Origin: an uncultured Clostridia bacterium
Lineage (GTDB): Bacteria; Bacillota; Clostridia; TANB77; CAG-508
DNA: 64,000 nt
Direction of reading: 5' to 3'
Assembly (NCBI GenBank): GCA_944392545.1
Contig: CALXWW010000001.1
Location: forward strand, 68,033-132,032
Shown here: positions 41,773 through 53,004 of the stretch, in pieces
Position numbering within the stretch: position 1 is the first letter of the stretch
How the letters are laid out: each line of letters opens with the position of its first letter
The notes under the pieces: generated by a model
What the model was told of the DNA's origin: nothing
Database searches by the model: none
The model's input: only the letters and a program-made list of their open reading frames with translations
Position numbers and translations under genes: made by a program

Positions 41773-42804
41773 TTATTTTCTTTTTCGTGCATTTATTAAA
41801 ATATTCTTTAATTTTTCTAAATCTTCTAATGTTTTTCCTGTTCCTTTAACCACACAATCTAATGGTTCTTGTGCAATATACACTGGCATTTCTGTTCTTT
41901 CAGCTATTAGTTTATCTATATTTTTTATTAATGAACCGCCACCGGCAAGAACAATTCCTTTTTCCATAATATCTGAAGACAACTCCGGAGGAGTCCTTTC
42001 TAATGTTTGTTTTATTACTTCTACTATTTTTTCAATTGATTCTCTCATAGCTTCTTCTACTTGGCTAGAAGTAATTTGTACTGTTTGAGGTAGCCCAGTA
42101 GTTAAGTCTCTGCCACTTACTTCCATTGTAAGCTCTGTTAGCAATGGTTTAGCACATCCTATTTCTTTTTTTATTTGCTCTGCTGTTGTATCTCCTATTG
42201 CAAGATTCATTTCTTTTCTTACATAATTGACAATATCTTCATCCAATTCGTCTCCTGCAATTCTTATAGAGTTACTTACAACAATTCCTCCTAATGATAT
42301 TACTGCAACTTCCGTCGTTCCTCCACCTATATCTACAACGATATTTCCGGTTGGCTCTGCTACTTCTAACCCAATTCCTATAGCTGCTGCCATTGGTTCT
42401 TCGATTAAATAAACTTCTTTTGCACCAGCTTGTAGAATTGCTTCTTCTACTGCTCTTTCTTCCACTTCAGTTATGCCAGATGGTACGCCTACTACTACTC
42501 TGGGTTTATTTACATTATATCTCTGACATATTTTATATATTATATTCTTAAGCATTAATTGAGTCGCTGTAAAATCTGCTATTACTCCATCTTTCATTGG
42601 TCTTACAGCCTTTATTCCTTCAGGAGTTCTCCCTAACATTTCTTTTGCTTCATGTCCTGTTGCAAGTATTCTATGCATTTTTTTATCTATCGCAACAACT
42701 GAAGGTTCATTTAATACTATTCCTTTTCCTTTTAATGTAACCAAGGTATTAGCTGTTCCTAAATCTATACCTATATCTTTTGATCTTATTACAAATAAAC
42801 TCAT
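41773..42804 (-). CDS. mreB: actin-like MreB
   Basis: DIGIDLGTANT, IEEPMAAAIG, DIGGGTTEVA. Confidence 0.97.
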   Translation of the reverse strand: MSLFVIRSKDIGIDLGTANTLVTLKGKGIVLNEPSVVAIDKKMHRILATGHEAKEMLGRTPEGIKAVRPMKDGVIADFTATQLMLKNIIYKICQRYNVNKPRVVVGVPSGITEVEERAVEEAILQAGAKEVYLIEEPMAAAIGIGLEVAEPTGNIVVDIGGGTTEVAVISLGGIVVSNSIRIAGDELDEDIVNYVRKEMNLAIGDTTAEQIKKEIGCAKPLLTELTMEVSGRDLTTGLPQTVQITSSQVEEAMRESIEKIVEVIKQTLERTPPELSSDIMEKGIVLAGGGSLIKNIDKLIAERTEMPVYIAQEPLDCVVKGTGKTLEDLEKLKNILINARKRK

Positions 42805-42818
42805 TAATATGCCCCTCT

Positions 42819-43529
42819 CTAAAAATCACTCTTTATTTTCTCATCCTTAAGCATTATTTGAAAAATACTAGCATATCCATTTTCTCCAATAACAATATGG
42901 TCTAGTAATTCTATGCCCATTGTTTTTGACGCTTTTAGTAGTCTTTCTGTAAATTCAAAGTCTTTTTTGCTTGGTGTTGGATCACCACTTGGATGATTAT
43001 GTACTAAAATAATCTTTGGTTCCCCTAATTTGATAACTTCATGTAATATATCTTTTGGTGTTACTATAACAAAATTTGTACCCCCAAAACAGATATCTAC
43101 AATTTTAATTATTACATTTTTAGAATTAAGGATTATAGCTTTTACAACCTCTCGTTTCTCATATCTCATTTCATTAGTTAGTATTTTGGCTACATCTTTT
43201 GGTGAATTAATTTGTGTTTGACTAGTATCAAAAGGTTTTGACATTCTTTTAGTAAGTTCACAAATTGCTTTTAATTGTATAGCTTTTACTCTTCCAATCC
43301 CTTTTATACTCATAAATTCTTTTATAGATATATTTTGCAAAAAACTTAAATTATTTTCTCCGTTCTTTTCTAATGCCAATATTCTCTGAGCAATATTAAC
43401 ACTACTCTCATCTTTTGTTCCACTTTTAATTATGATAGCAATCAATTCTGCATTTGATAAAGCATTTTCTCCATACATTTCTAATTTTTCATATGGTCTT
43501 TCTGATATAGGTAACTCTTTAACTTTCAT
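42819..43529 (-). CDS. radC: RadC (JAB domain) protein
   Basis: ERPYEKL...LSNAEL and HNHPSGDPTPS..D...LLDHIVIG. Confidence 0.95.
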   Translation of the reverse strand: MKVKELPISERPYEKLEMYGENALSNAELIAIIIKSGTKDESSVNIAQRILALEKNGENNLSFLQNISIKEFMSIKGIGRVKAIQLKAICELTKRMSKPFDTSQTQINSPKDVAKILTNEMRYEKREVVKAIILNSKNVIIKIVDICFGGTNFVIVTPKDILHEVIKLGEPKIILVHNHPSGDPTPSKKDFEFTERLLKASKTMGIELLDHIVIGENGYASIFQIMLKDEKIKSDF

Positions 43530-43582
43530 AAGGTTTCATTCCTTTCTTAAAAAGCCCTATATATCCATTCAAAATATTAGTT

Positions 43583-43840
43583 CTATATTTTTTTATAAAT
43601 AAATATAGCGAGCACCATACCTATAATACTTGATATGTTTATTTCAAACATTAATCCAAATGTTATTGATATAACTTGCAAGTCTAATGTTATTGGTTCA
43701 GCTAGTCCAAATGTTTCTCCATAAGATAGCCACCATAAAAAGTCAACACGTCCTGCAAGATTTCCAAGTAACCCTCCTACTACAATTCCAGATAAAATGA
43801 ATATTATAAGTATCCATATATTTTTTTCTCTCGTTGCCAT
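43583..43840 (-). CDS. DUF4321-like small membrane protein
   Basis: Hydrophobic 85 aa, WLSYG..FG...LDL..I..TFG; usual position upstream of radC. Confidence 0.75.
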   Translation of the reverse strand: MATREKNIWILIIFILSGIVVGGLLGNLAGRVDFLWWLSYGETFGLAEPITLDLQVISITFGLMFEINISSIIGMVLAIFIYKKI

Positions 43841-44092
43841 ATTTATTATATCCTCCTCTTTTGCATATATTCACATATTTTATACCTATGTATTATATAT
43901 TGTATACAATTTTTTTTCAAGATTTACAGGAAAGTTTTTCTATTTATTTTTATGTTTTATTATGTTAAAATAAATTTATTAAAATATAAAAATATCTTTT
44001 ATTTTATTTCTTTTTATGATATATTTATAGTTACATTTTTTATATTTAAAATATAATATATAATAGTATAGTTACTGGAGGATTTTTATTTA

Positions 44093-44740
44093 ATGAAATT
44101 TGAAAAGCTTAATGAAAATAAAATTAGAATAACTTTATCTATGCACGACTTGGAAGAAAAGGACATAGATTTTCATGACTTTATGTCTAACTCAATAGAA
44201 TCTCAGGATTTGTTTTTAGATATGCTTGAAGAAGCCGAGGAAAAAATAGGCTTTAAAGCGAAGGATTGTAAAGTAAAAATAGAAGCTTTAGCTATGACAG
44301 AAAATGATTTTGTTTTAACTATAACTAAAATTCTACCAGAAGGAAACAAAAAAACTTTATATACCACTCCTAAAAAGAAGCCAAAAGTAAAAAGGAAAGT
44401 AAATAGCATAAATGAATCTTGTTTAATTTACAAATTCAATTCTTTTGATGATTATTGTAACTTTATTGAATTTATGTTACATAACAAACTTATAGATGCT
44501 ACTAAAATTGCAAATAAAATTCTTGTATATTTATATAATGACAATTACTATCTGGTATTATCTAACTTAAACATTACATATAGAAAGATTTCTACATTTT
44601 TTACAATAATTACGGAATTTGCTTCATATATTCCAGAACCAGATTTGTATCTTTGCAGATTATCTGAGTCAGGAACAGTGTTTATAAAAAATAATGCCTT
44701 CAAAAAAGGATTTGGATATTTTGAAAAAAATAAAATCTAA
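44093..44740 (+). CDS. mecA: adaptor protein MecA
   Basis: MKFEKLNENKIRITLSMHDLEE and IYKFNSFDD. This is the Clp adaptor, not PBP2a. Confidence 0.88.
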   Translation: MKFEKLNENKIRITLSMHDLEEKDIDFHDFMSNSIESQDLFLDMLEEAEEKIGFKAKDCKVKIEALAMTENDFVLTITKILPEGNKKTLYTTPKKKPKVKRKVNSINESCLIYKFNSFDDYCNFIEFMLHNKLIDATKIANKILVYLYNDNYYLVLSNLNITYRKISTFFTIITEFASYIPEPDLYLCRLSESGTVFIKNNAFKKGFGYFEKNKI

Positions 44741-44801
44741 TATTTACAGCATTGCAGTAAAAAAGAACGAAAATTTTACATTATTTCGTTCTTTTTTGTT
44801 A

Positions 44802-45740
44802 TTAATATGTATAATATTGCGGGTCATACGTTACCCCATTCTTTCTTACTTCAAAATGTAGATGATTCCCTGTTGAATTTCCTGTTGATCCTACTCTTGC
44901 AATTAGTTCTCCTTGGCTAACGCTTTCGCCTGTTGAAACTAATAATTCGCTGCAATGAGCATATACTGTTGTTACACCATTTCCATGTGATACTATAACA
45001 TAATTTCCAAATCCATCTCCAGCATTACCAGAAAATGTTACTGTTCCTGACGCTGCTGCTTTTATAGATGTTCCATATGGTGCAGCTATATCAAGCCCTG
45101 CATGTGTATGATCCCTTACGCTGTCATTACTTCCATATCTTGAAGTAATAACTCCTGATACTGGATTTATAAGACTAATTCCTAAACTTACCTTTGCTGA
45201 TGAAGAACCTGTACTATAGTTTGATGCTGGTGCATATGAATAACTGTATGTTGGTACAACTACTTTTTCTTCATATAGTTTTGATACACAAGTTTTTACA
45301 CTTGTAAATTTCTTTAATTCTTTTCCATATTTTTCTACAATACCTAAATCATCTTGATTAGCACTATCTTTATCTTCTAATTCTTCTATTACCTTTTCTG
45401 CATCCTTAAATGATGACAAATAGTATTTTTCTTTTTTATCTTCTGTTATTGCATAATATTTATAATATGGAGTTCCATTTTCTGTAACTTTTGCATATAT
45501 TTCATCATCATTTGTTTCTATATCTTTCTTTAACAAACATAATTTATATGTAGGCATAGCATCTATCTGAATAAAAGCTATGTTTTCTTCTTCATCTTCT
45601 TGTGTGTATTGGTTTATTTTTGATTGTAGTTCACTTTTATTTGAAGTAAAACCTATAACTTCACCATTTAAACTCACCTCATATGTTGGGTTGTAAAATA
45701 GTACCACAAGTCCTATTAGGACAACAGCCGCTAAAAACAT
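44802..45740 (-). CDS. M23 family peptidase (start may lie further upstream)
   Basis: HAGLDIAA, YAHC, GNSTGNHLHFEVR. Confidence 0.92.
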   Translation of the reverse strand: MFLAAVVLIGLVVLFYNPTYEVSLNGEVIGFTSNKSELQSKINQYTQEDEEENIAFIQIDAMPTYKLCLLKKDIETNDDEIYAKVTENGTPYYKYYAITEDKKEKYYLSSFKDAEKVIEELEDKDSANQDDLGIVEKYGKELKKFTSVKTCVSKLYEEKVVVPTYSYSYAPASNYSTGSSSAKVSLGISLINPVSGVITSRYGSNDSVRDHTHAGLDIAAPYGTSIKAAASGTVTFSGNAGDGFGNYVIVSHGNGVTTVYAHCSELLVSTGESVSQGELIARVGSTGNSTGNHLHFEVRKNGVTYDPQYYTY

Positions 45741-45992
45741 TAAAATTAATAATTTTATAGATTTTCTAGTAGTTATTGCAACCTTTTTTAAAATATTAAT
45801 ATTAAACAGTCCTTTCTTAAATAAAAAATCTTATTTCCGTAAGATTTTCTACACTAAAATATTTTTTATATTGATATTTTATATTAAAAAAAGATTTTAA
45901 ACAATTTGTAAATATGTTTAAAATCCTTTTTTATTTTAGTTTTATTTCTATTTTCTTTAATTTACTCTTAATATCTTCTTTTTCCTTATAAT

Positions 45993-46235
45993 TTATTGCA
46001 ATTCTGTTTTTACAGTTTGTATTTCCGTAACACTAGCAGGCGCTGCTGATTTATAATACCCTTTTGCTTCAGCAGTTTTAAAAAGTTCATATTGAAAACT
46101 TTCATCACTGTTTCTTATTTGCTGAAAAGTTTGTCTTAATTGCATATTTTCAGTTTCTGTTATTGCTGTTTGATACGAGCCCAAACTCGCTTTTATTCCT
46201 GATAAAATATCATTTACCATTGTTTTTTCATCCAT
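45993..46235 (-). CDS. spore coat protein (Coat F-like)
   Basis: DILSGIK...YQTAITETEN.QLRQ...KGYY. Confidence 0.85.
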   Translation of the reverse strand: MDEKTMVNDILSGIKASLGSYQTAITETENMQLRQTFQQIRNSDESFQYELFKTAEAKGYYKSAAPASVTEIQTVKTELQ

Positions 46236-46278
46236 TACTTATACCTCCACATTTTTATTTTTCGAGTATTTTAAACAA

Positions 46279-46467
46279 CTAATTATTTAAAAAAGACATC
46301 AATTTTTGTTTTGTATTAAGACTATCTTGTGCTGCTTTTGTAAACATTTGCTTTATTTGAGGATCTACTGCTTGAGATGCATATGTGTTTAACTTTTGAT
46401 AAGTAGTCTCGTGTGCACCAATAAAATGTCTTAAGTTTTGTAGCTCTACTTGGCTTAAATTAGGCAT
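46279..46467 (-). CDS. small spore-coat-associated protein
   Basis: ELQNLRH...KLNTYASQAVDPQIKQMF; paired with the Coat F-like gene. Confidence 0.75.
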   Translation of the reverse strand: MPNLSQVELQNLRHFIGAHETTYQKLNTYASQAVDPQIKQMFTKAAQDSLNTKQKLMSFLNN

Positions 46468-46579
46468 TAAAGATCATTCCTTTCATTATTATTTTCAATT
46501 TATATTATGTGTATTTTTTCTATTTATATACAAAAAGATTAGAGTAATATTTACTCTAATCTCACTTTAGTTTTTTAAT

Positions 46580-47137
46580 TTACATTAAAATATTTTCTAT
46601 TTCTCTCCAATTATTTACTCTAATAATATTATTACTTCTTAATTCATCATTAGTTAATTTTTTATTATGATATGCTGTAAATAACAGCTTAGTTTCTGCT
46701 TTTCCTTTTAAATTATTTATATTATCATCTATTCTAATATCCGCATCAATCAATTCCTTATTATTGGCAAATATATATTTATTAGAATTAAGAAATGAAA
46801 AATTTTTATATAAATATTCAAATTTATCTTTTAATACTTTCCCTGATAAGCTTTCGTCATCTCTAAAAACATAAGCAGTTACTATATATATGTCATATAT
46901 TTTATTAAGTTTTTCTAATACTACTTTAGCATCTTCTGACTGCTTTCCATATTCATATAAATTGTTTCTGCCAAAAAACTCTATCCACTCATTCATTTTG
47001 TTTTCCGGGATAAGATCATTTATATAATATGAACAAGCATCATCTTCTTTATAGTTAGTTTTTAAAAAATCATTTACCATTTCTATAAAGTTTTTTTCAC
47101 AAATCACATCATCCATGTCTATTATTAATTTCTTCAT
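46580..47137 (-). CDS. 5'(3')-deoxyribonucleotidase (HAD, NT5C family)
   Basis: IDMDDVI, IVTA, IDD, RVNNW. Confidence 0.88.
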   Translation of the reverse strand: MKKLIIDMDDVICEKNFIEMVNDFLKTNYKEDDACSYYINDLIPENKMNEWIEFFGRNNLYEYGKQSEDAKVVLEKLNKIYDIYIVTAYVFRDDESLSGKVLKDKFEYLYKNFSFLNSNKYIFANNKELIDADIRIDDNINNLKGKAETKLLFTAYHNKKLTNDELRSNNIIRVNNWREIENILM

Positions 47138-47180
47138 ATTTTCTCCTATACTGCTTTAAAATATATTATAATTTATTTTT

Positions 47181-49484
47181 TTAAATGATTTCAAGATTAG
47201 CAAATTTAGCCATAAGCCTCTTATGCCCTGCTTTGTCAAATGAAATATCTAATTTAAAGTCATCTCCTTCTTCCTCTATTTTATTAATTACTCCTTCTCC
47301 GAATCTCTTATGATATATACGTTGCCCTTCTTTATATTTAGAAATATCTGCTTCTGAATTTACTTTTTTATTATTTAATGAGTTTAGAAAACTTTCTGCT
47401 GTCTTAAATTTGAATCCAGAATCAAATGAATTTGCTGCCACTTTGTCTGTTCCAAAGTTATTGGTACTACCTATCTTATATGTTTTTACTTGCTTGCTAG
47501 TTCCATATTCCCATTTATATGTGTTATCTTCAAATTCTTCTTTTTTTGAATTATCAAAGCTATCATATCCATCTAATAAGTCTGAAGGAATTTCATTTAC
47601 AAATCTAGATACTTGGTTATAACTTGTTGAACCAAATATTGTTCTTTTTTTAGAACAAGTTAAATATAGATACTGTTTTGCTCTAGTAATTCCTACATAG
47701 AATAAACGTCTTTCTTCTTCTATCTCTTTTGGCTCTCCAATTGATTTATTTCCAGGAAATATTCCTTCTTCTAATCCAACTAGAAACACAACTGGGAATT
47801 CTAGTCCTTTTGCACTATGTAATGTCATAAGGGTTACAGAATCTTCAGAGTCTTCCATTCCATCAATATCACTACTTAATGTAATTCCCTCTAAAAAATC
47901 TCCTAAAGTATTCTCTGCTTCTTCTTCTTCAAATTCTATAGCAACTGTTAAAAATTCTTCTAAGTTCTCTATTCTAGATTCTGCCTCAGTAGTATTTTCA
48001 AGTTCTAATGCTTTTACATATCCTGTTTTATTTAAAGTTTCTTTTATTAATTCAGATATGCTTAATTCTTCTATTTTACTTCTTAAGTATTCTATTGTTT
48101 GAATAAATTCCTCTGCATTTACTTTTACTCTATTTAGTCCATACTCGTCTGCATGTTTTATAATATCAAACATAGAGAGTCCTGTTTTTTCTGATATCTC
48201 TTGTATATTATCTATACTTGTTTTACCTATACCTCTTTTAGGTTCATTTATTATTCTTTTCAAAGAAATATTATCAGAGAAGTTATAGATTAATCTTAAG
48301 TATGAAATGATATCTTTAATTTCTTTTCTTTCATAGAACTTAAGTCCCCCAACAATTTTATATGGTATACTTTCTCTTCTTAGTATTTCCTCTATCGCTC
48401 TTGACTGTGAATTCATCCTGTATAGAACTGTAAAATCTGAATATTTAAAATATTCTTCCCTCCTTAAATGATTTATTTCTTCTGCAACAAATCTTCCTTC
48501 GTCATATTCATCATCAGATTTATGTATTACTGGCAATTTTCCTTCTTCATTTTCTGTCCATAATTTTTTTTCATATTTATTCTCATTATGTTTTATTACA
48601 CTATTGGCAGCTTTTAATATATTTCCAGTGCATCTATAATTTTGCTCTAATTTTACTATTTTTGTTCCAGGAAAATCTTTTTCAAAATTTAAAATATTTG
48701 TAATATCTGCACCTCTAAAGCTATATATTCCTTGATCATTATCTCCCACAACTGTTATATTTCCATATTTAGAAGCTAAAATTGTAACTAAAGTAAACTG
48801 TGCCTTATTTGTGTCTTGATATTCATCTACTAAAACATAATGGAATTTGTTTGTATAATATTCTAAAGCGTCTTCATTTTCTGTAAGTATTTTTATTGTA
48901 TAGTTAATAATGTCATCAAAATCTATTGCATTATTTTCTTTTAGTCTTTGTTGGTAAAGTTCATATATTCTACCAATTACTTCTTTTCTATAGTCCCCTG
49001 CATATTTAGTTTGATATGCTTTTGGCTCTAGCATTTCATTTTTAGCATTACTAATTTCAGCTAAAACACTTCTATCTGTAAACATTTTATCATCTACTTT
49101 TAATGCTTTCATACACTCTTTAATAAGTGTCCTTTGGTCGGAAGTATCAAAAATCAAAAAAGAATGATCAAACCCTAATCTATCTATATATTTTCTTAAA
49201 ATGCGCACACAAATAGAGTGAAAAGTTCCTATCCACATATCCTTTGCTACTTCTCCTACAAGCTTTTCTACTCTTTCTTTCATTTCATTTGCTGCTTTAT
49301 TAGTAAAAGTAATTGCTAATATATTCCATGGTTTAATATATTTTTCACTCATTAAATATGCTATCTTATGAGTTAATACCTTTGTTTTTCCGCTTCCTGC
49401 ACCAGCTATTACTAGACATGGCCCTTCTGTTTCTAAAACTGCTTCTTTTTGTTTATTATTTAAACCTTCTATTAAATCTTGCAT
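47181..49484 (-). CDS. pcrA: ATP-dependent DNA helicase PcrA
   Basis: AGAGSGKT, VDEYQDTN, TLHSAKGLEFP, EERRLFYVGITRA. Confidence 0.97.
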   Translation of the reverse strand: MQDLIEGLNNKQKEAVLETEGPCLVIAGAGSGKTKVLTHKIAYLMSEKYIKPWNILAITFTNKAANEMKERVEKLVGEVAKDMWIGTFHSICVRILRKYIDRLGFDHSFLIFDTSDQRTLIKECMKALKVDDKMFTDRSVLAEISNAKNEMLEPKAYQTKYAGDYRKEVIGRIYELYQQRLKENNAIDFDDIINYTIKILTENEDALEYYTNKFHYVLVDEYQDTNKAQFTLVTILASKYGNITVVGDNDQGIYSFRGADITNILNFEKDFPGTKIVKLEQNYRCTGNILKAANSVIKHNENKYEKKLWTENEEGKLPVIHKSDDEYDEGRFVAEEINHLRREEYFKYSDFTVLYRMNSQSRAIEEILRRESIPYKIVGGLKFYERKEIKDIISYLRLIYNFSDNISLKRIINEPKRGIGKTSIDNIQEISEKTGLSMFDIIKHADEYGLNRVKVNAEEFIQTIEYLRSKIEELSISELIKETLNKTGYVKALELENTTEAESRIENLEEFLTVAIEFEEEEAENTLGDFLEGITLSSDIDGMEDSEDSVTLMTLHSAKGLEFPVVFLVGLEEGIFPGNKSIGEPKEIEEERRLFYVGITRAKQYLYLTCSKKRTIFGSTSYNQVSRFVNEIPSDLLDGYDSFDNSKKEEFEDNTYKWEYGTSKQVKTYKIGSTNNFGTDKVAANSFDSGFKFKTAESFLNSLNNKKVNSEADISKYKEGQRIYHKRFGEGVINKIEEEGDDFKLDISFDKAGHKRLMAKFANLEII

Positions 49485-49617
49485 TTTATATAATTCCTTT
49501 CCTTAACTTATGTAAATTGCTATTTTTTCTTAACTTTGCCTATACACTCTAAACATTTATTTGCTATTTAATTCTACCTTATCTTCATATCTTTTTCAAG
49601 CAGACATTGCAATTTCT

Positions 49618-51177
49618 TTAATCTTTATATAATATATCAATATTTTCATTATATTCTTCTACTTTAAACCCTTTATTTACTAAAATCTCTTTAGAAGTTT
49701 CATCTCTATCAATCACATAAATTGTATCATCATTTATTTCGTTATTATAAAAAACATATCTTCCATAGGACCATATAGCGCCTCTATCTATAACTGCTGT
49801 TTCTTTGAATTCTTGTGGACAAGTTTTACTTCCAATTAATGTGTATATATATGGTTGTATAGCTCTAACTCTAAAATTCACTTTTTTTTCATCAAATCTT
49901 TCATTTTCTTCTATATATTCCGTTACCCCCACAACTTCACTATTAAATGATAAATTTATGTTTTCTTTTCCATAAACGAAAAAATAATATGATAAAAATG
50001 CTATATAAAATACAATATATATTACAATTATAAATTTAAAAATTTCTTTTCTATTTCCTGATACATATATTATTCCAAGTGCTGCATAGTATATAAGTGA
50101 AATATATATAGCATTCATTCTACTTATACCAGGTTCTATCAAAATATTACACATTACTACCGCTAAGAAATTTACTGTCATTATTATATCTAATGATAAT
50201 TGTTTCTCCTTTATGTTTTCTTTTATCTTTTTTATAGAATCTATAAATCCTATTACAACAAAAGGTATACTTATATAATATAGCGTTCCAAATATAGGAA
50301 ATGCATTATAATCATCTATATCAAATGTGAACATCGATTTAATCAAATACAAAATGTTATGAAGAATATTAGTAAAGTTTATTTCTGTAGCTCTAAATGT
50401 CCACATTTTTAGAATTGATACAAAAGGTAATTTTATTTCTTCTATTATTCCATAATTTACTAGTACAGATAAAATAAGTGGAACAGCAAATAGTCCTAGT
50501 GAAATTCCAAATATTATTATGTCTGAAATTTTTATTTTCTTTATATATAGCATATATGTGAATAAAATTAATAATATAATTGGTATTATTATATAGCTTA
50601 ATGCATATGTATATAATGTTATTCCAAAAAATAATCCTGCTAGAAAATATAGTATTTTAGATTTCTTATTAACTGCTATAGTTAGTATATATATTGAAAT
50701 TAATAACATTGAAGATAGTAAATTGCAATCTAATGCCCATCTTGACTGCATAAAATGCCATGGGCAAATAACAATTAGAAATTCTACTAATATTGCAAGT
50801 TTCTTATCCTTAAATTCTTTTGTTAGTAAAAATCCAAATATCATAAATAATATTGAAAATATAAATGCTGGAACTCTAACTACTGTAAGACTAAATCCAA
50901 ACACCTTAATAAGTATTGCAGCTAAATATGTATATAGCGCACTTTGACCTCCTCCATAATTAATCATATATACGGGATAAATATTTCCAAATCTATCAGT
51001 GCCATAATTTGCTATTGCATAAGCATCATACATTGTTCCGGCTTCATCCACGTTGATTCCTATAGGAATTTGTCCAAGTCCTACTACTCTTGTTATAATT
51101 CCAAACAACATAACTGTAACTAGTATAATAATATATTTATCTACCTTCTCTTTTATACCTATTTGTTCTTTTTCCAT
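49618..51177 (-). CDS. GT-C (family 39/ArnT-like) membrane glycosyltransferase
   Basis: NVDEA motif after the first TM and many TMs. Confidence 0.8.
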   Translation of the reverse strand: MEKEQIGIKEKVDKYIIILVTVMLFGIITRVVGLGQIPIGINVDEAGTMYDAYAIANYGTDRFGNIYPVYMINYGGGQSALYTYLAAILIKVFGFSLTVVRVPAFIFSILFMIFGFLLTKEFKDKKLAILVEFLIVICPWHFMQSRWALDCNLLSSMLLISIYILTIAVNKKSKILYFLAGLFFGITLYTYALSYIIIPIILLILFTYMLYIKKIKISDIIIFGISLGLFAVPLILSVLVNYGIIEEIKLPFVSILKMWTFRATEINFTNILHNILYLIKSMFTFDIDDYNAFPIFGTLYYISIPFVVIGFIDSIKKIKENIKEKQLSLDIIMTVNFLAVVMCNILIEPGISRMNAIYISLIYYAALGIIYVSGNRKEIFKFIIVIYIVFYIAFLSYYFFVYGKENINLSFNSEVVGVTEYIEENERFDEKKVNFRVRAIQPYIYTLIGSKTCPQEFKETAVIDRGAIWSYGRYVFYNNEINDDTIYVIDRDETSKEILVNKGFKVEEYNENIDILYKD

Positions 51178-51203
51178 AGTTATTCCTCTTTTTTACTATA
51201 TTT

Positions 51204-52283
51204 TTATTTAGAAACTTCTTTATCATTTGCATGTATGTTTTCTATTCCACTATCTCTTTGATCACCTTTACAACTTATGGATTTAATATCCATTTTTATA
51301 GTCTCTTTAAAATTACATTTATTAGCTACAGGTACTCCTTCCTCTAGTCTTTTGCTATACTGGCTATCCCTATATACTCTTCCAAATATAATAGTTCTAC
51401 TTCTAGTCATTGAAGAAGGCTTTTTAAACTCTGGAAACAATTCTACTGATACATTACATCTAGGAAGTTCTATATTGTACGGTATATGGTATGGTTTGTC
51501 CTTCTCAGAACATTTTAAAAAGTCCTTATCACTTTTCAAACAATATCTAGGTCTTACCCCTCTTCTTATACTTGTATAATCCCAAGTTAAATCGGTGTTA
51601 AACCATTCCCCATCTAATTTCACAATATTGTATGTATGAGTAGTATCATCTTCTCCTTCAATGCTCTTGCAAATTATCGATTCAATTCCTACTAAACTCA
51701 AAGTTTGTTTTAGTACCTCACAGTATCCTTGACAAACGCATGTATTTAATAGCACAGCATTTTCAAGATTTCTACATGCTTCTTCATTTAGTTTAGCATA
51801 TTCACTCCCATCTTTTATAGCATCATGATCATAATCAATCATATTTGCAAGTCTTCTATAAATGGATTTAAATTTTTCTTTATCACTTTTTCCGTATAAA
51901 TCTTCCACTATTTTTTCTAGTTTATGCCTAATTATTGAATATTTTAAAATATTCATTTTCCTTGCACAATTATTTTCTCTTGCACCAACTAAAATTTCTT
52001 TTATGCCGTGTCTTGTAAGGATAGCCACCGGTGCTTCTGCTATTGTATCACAATAATAGTAGATGTTTAAATCACCAGAATTAGTACTTATTTCTAGTTC
52101 TTCTAATCTTTCAATATCTGATTGGTTTATTCCTATATTTAGCCATTTATGCCCTCTACTCATATCTATTACTTCTTTTAATAAAGTTGTAGGTACTTTT
52201 TCTAACAATAGTACATACTTACCATTTTCTATTTTAATTACTTTAATTCTATGTATTAAATCTTCTTTGCTATTGCTATTCAT
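51204..52283 (-). CDS. transglutaminase-like domain protein
   Basis: Cys-His-Asp triad: VCQGY, HTYN, DLTWD. Confidence 0.85.
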   Translation of the reverse strand: MNSNSKEDLIHRIKVIKIENGKYVLLLEKVPTTLLKEVIDMSRGHKWLNIGINQSDIERLEELEISTNSGDLNIYYYCDTIAEAPVAILTRHGIKEILVGARENNCARKMNILKYSIIRHKLEKIVEDLYGKSDKEKFKSIYRRLANMIDYDHDAIKDGSEYAKLNEEACRNLENAVLLNTCVCQGYCEVLKQTLSLVGIESIICKSIEGEDDTTHTYNIVKLDGEWFNTDLTWDYTSIRRGVRPRYCLKSDKDFLKCSEKDKPYHIPYNIELPRCNVSVELFPEFKKPSSMTRSRTIIFGRVYRDSQYSKRLEEGVPVANKCNFKETIKMDIKSISCKGDQRDSGIENIHANDKEVSK

Positions 52284-52327
52284 GGCTTTTATCCTACCTT
52301 TTAAAAGTTTATATTATTATTTTATGT

Positions 52328-52927
52328 TTATGAACTAAATGATTTATTCTCTTGTTTTATACATTTGTTTTTGGCTAAAGATCGAAGTTTCTTTTTTGCC
52401 AACAAATTCACATTACAGTTATTAAAATATATATTTTTTATTAAACTATTGTTTAAATCTATTGCCATTTTTCTTGTTATATTCATTTCATTTAATGTAA
52501 TCTGGTTTAATTTATTAATTTTATCTAAATTAATAAGCATTATCTTATTACAATTATCTAGATATATTTCATTAATATTAGATTGTCTGAAAACTTCTCC
52601 AATTGCTATATTTTCACAAAACGAAAGCTTAAGCTTTCGTAAATCTAATTTGCATTTATCATTGAAGTGACAATTAATTAGTTCTAATGTTTCTAATTTA
52701 CTTAAGTTCTCTAATATCTCTATTTCTTTTTGACATAATCTATAATTTTTTAGTATACATTTTTTTAAATTGCTGAAGAGTGATAAATCATCTATTAAAA
52801 AATCCTCAAAATAATCTAGTTTAATAATTTCTATTTGTTTTAAGTCTTCTTTAGTTATTTCTTCAATTCTTTTACTCAATATTCCTTGTAAATTTGTTTT
52901 TAGCTCTAAACTTTTTATCTCTACCAT
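52328..52927 (-). CDS. leucine-rich repeat protein
   Basis: LxxLxxLxLxxC repeats (LSKLETLELINC). Confidence 0.7.
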   Translation of the reverse strand: MVEIKSLELKTNLQGILSKRIEEITKEDLKQIEIIKLDYFEDFLIDDLSLFSNLKKCILKNYRLCQKEIEILENLSKLETLELINCHFNDKCKLDLRKLKLSFCENIAIGEVFRQSNINEIYLDNCNKIMLINLDKINKLNQITLNEMNITRKMAIDLNNSLIKNIYFNNCNVNLLAKKKLRSLAKNKCIKQENKSFSS

Positions 52928-53004
52928 ACTTTTTTCCTATTCTTTTTTTACTTTTATATCCAAAATAATACTATAATACTAGCATAAAATCAATAATATT
53001 TTAG

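Noticed and set aside
43841-44092. Extremely AT-rich spacer as a special element
   Set aside because: Adequately explained as a divergent promoter region; no repeats or boxes recognised.
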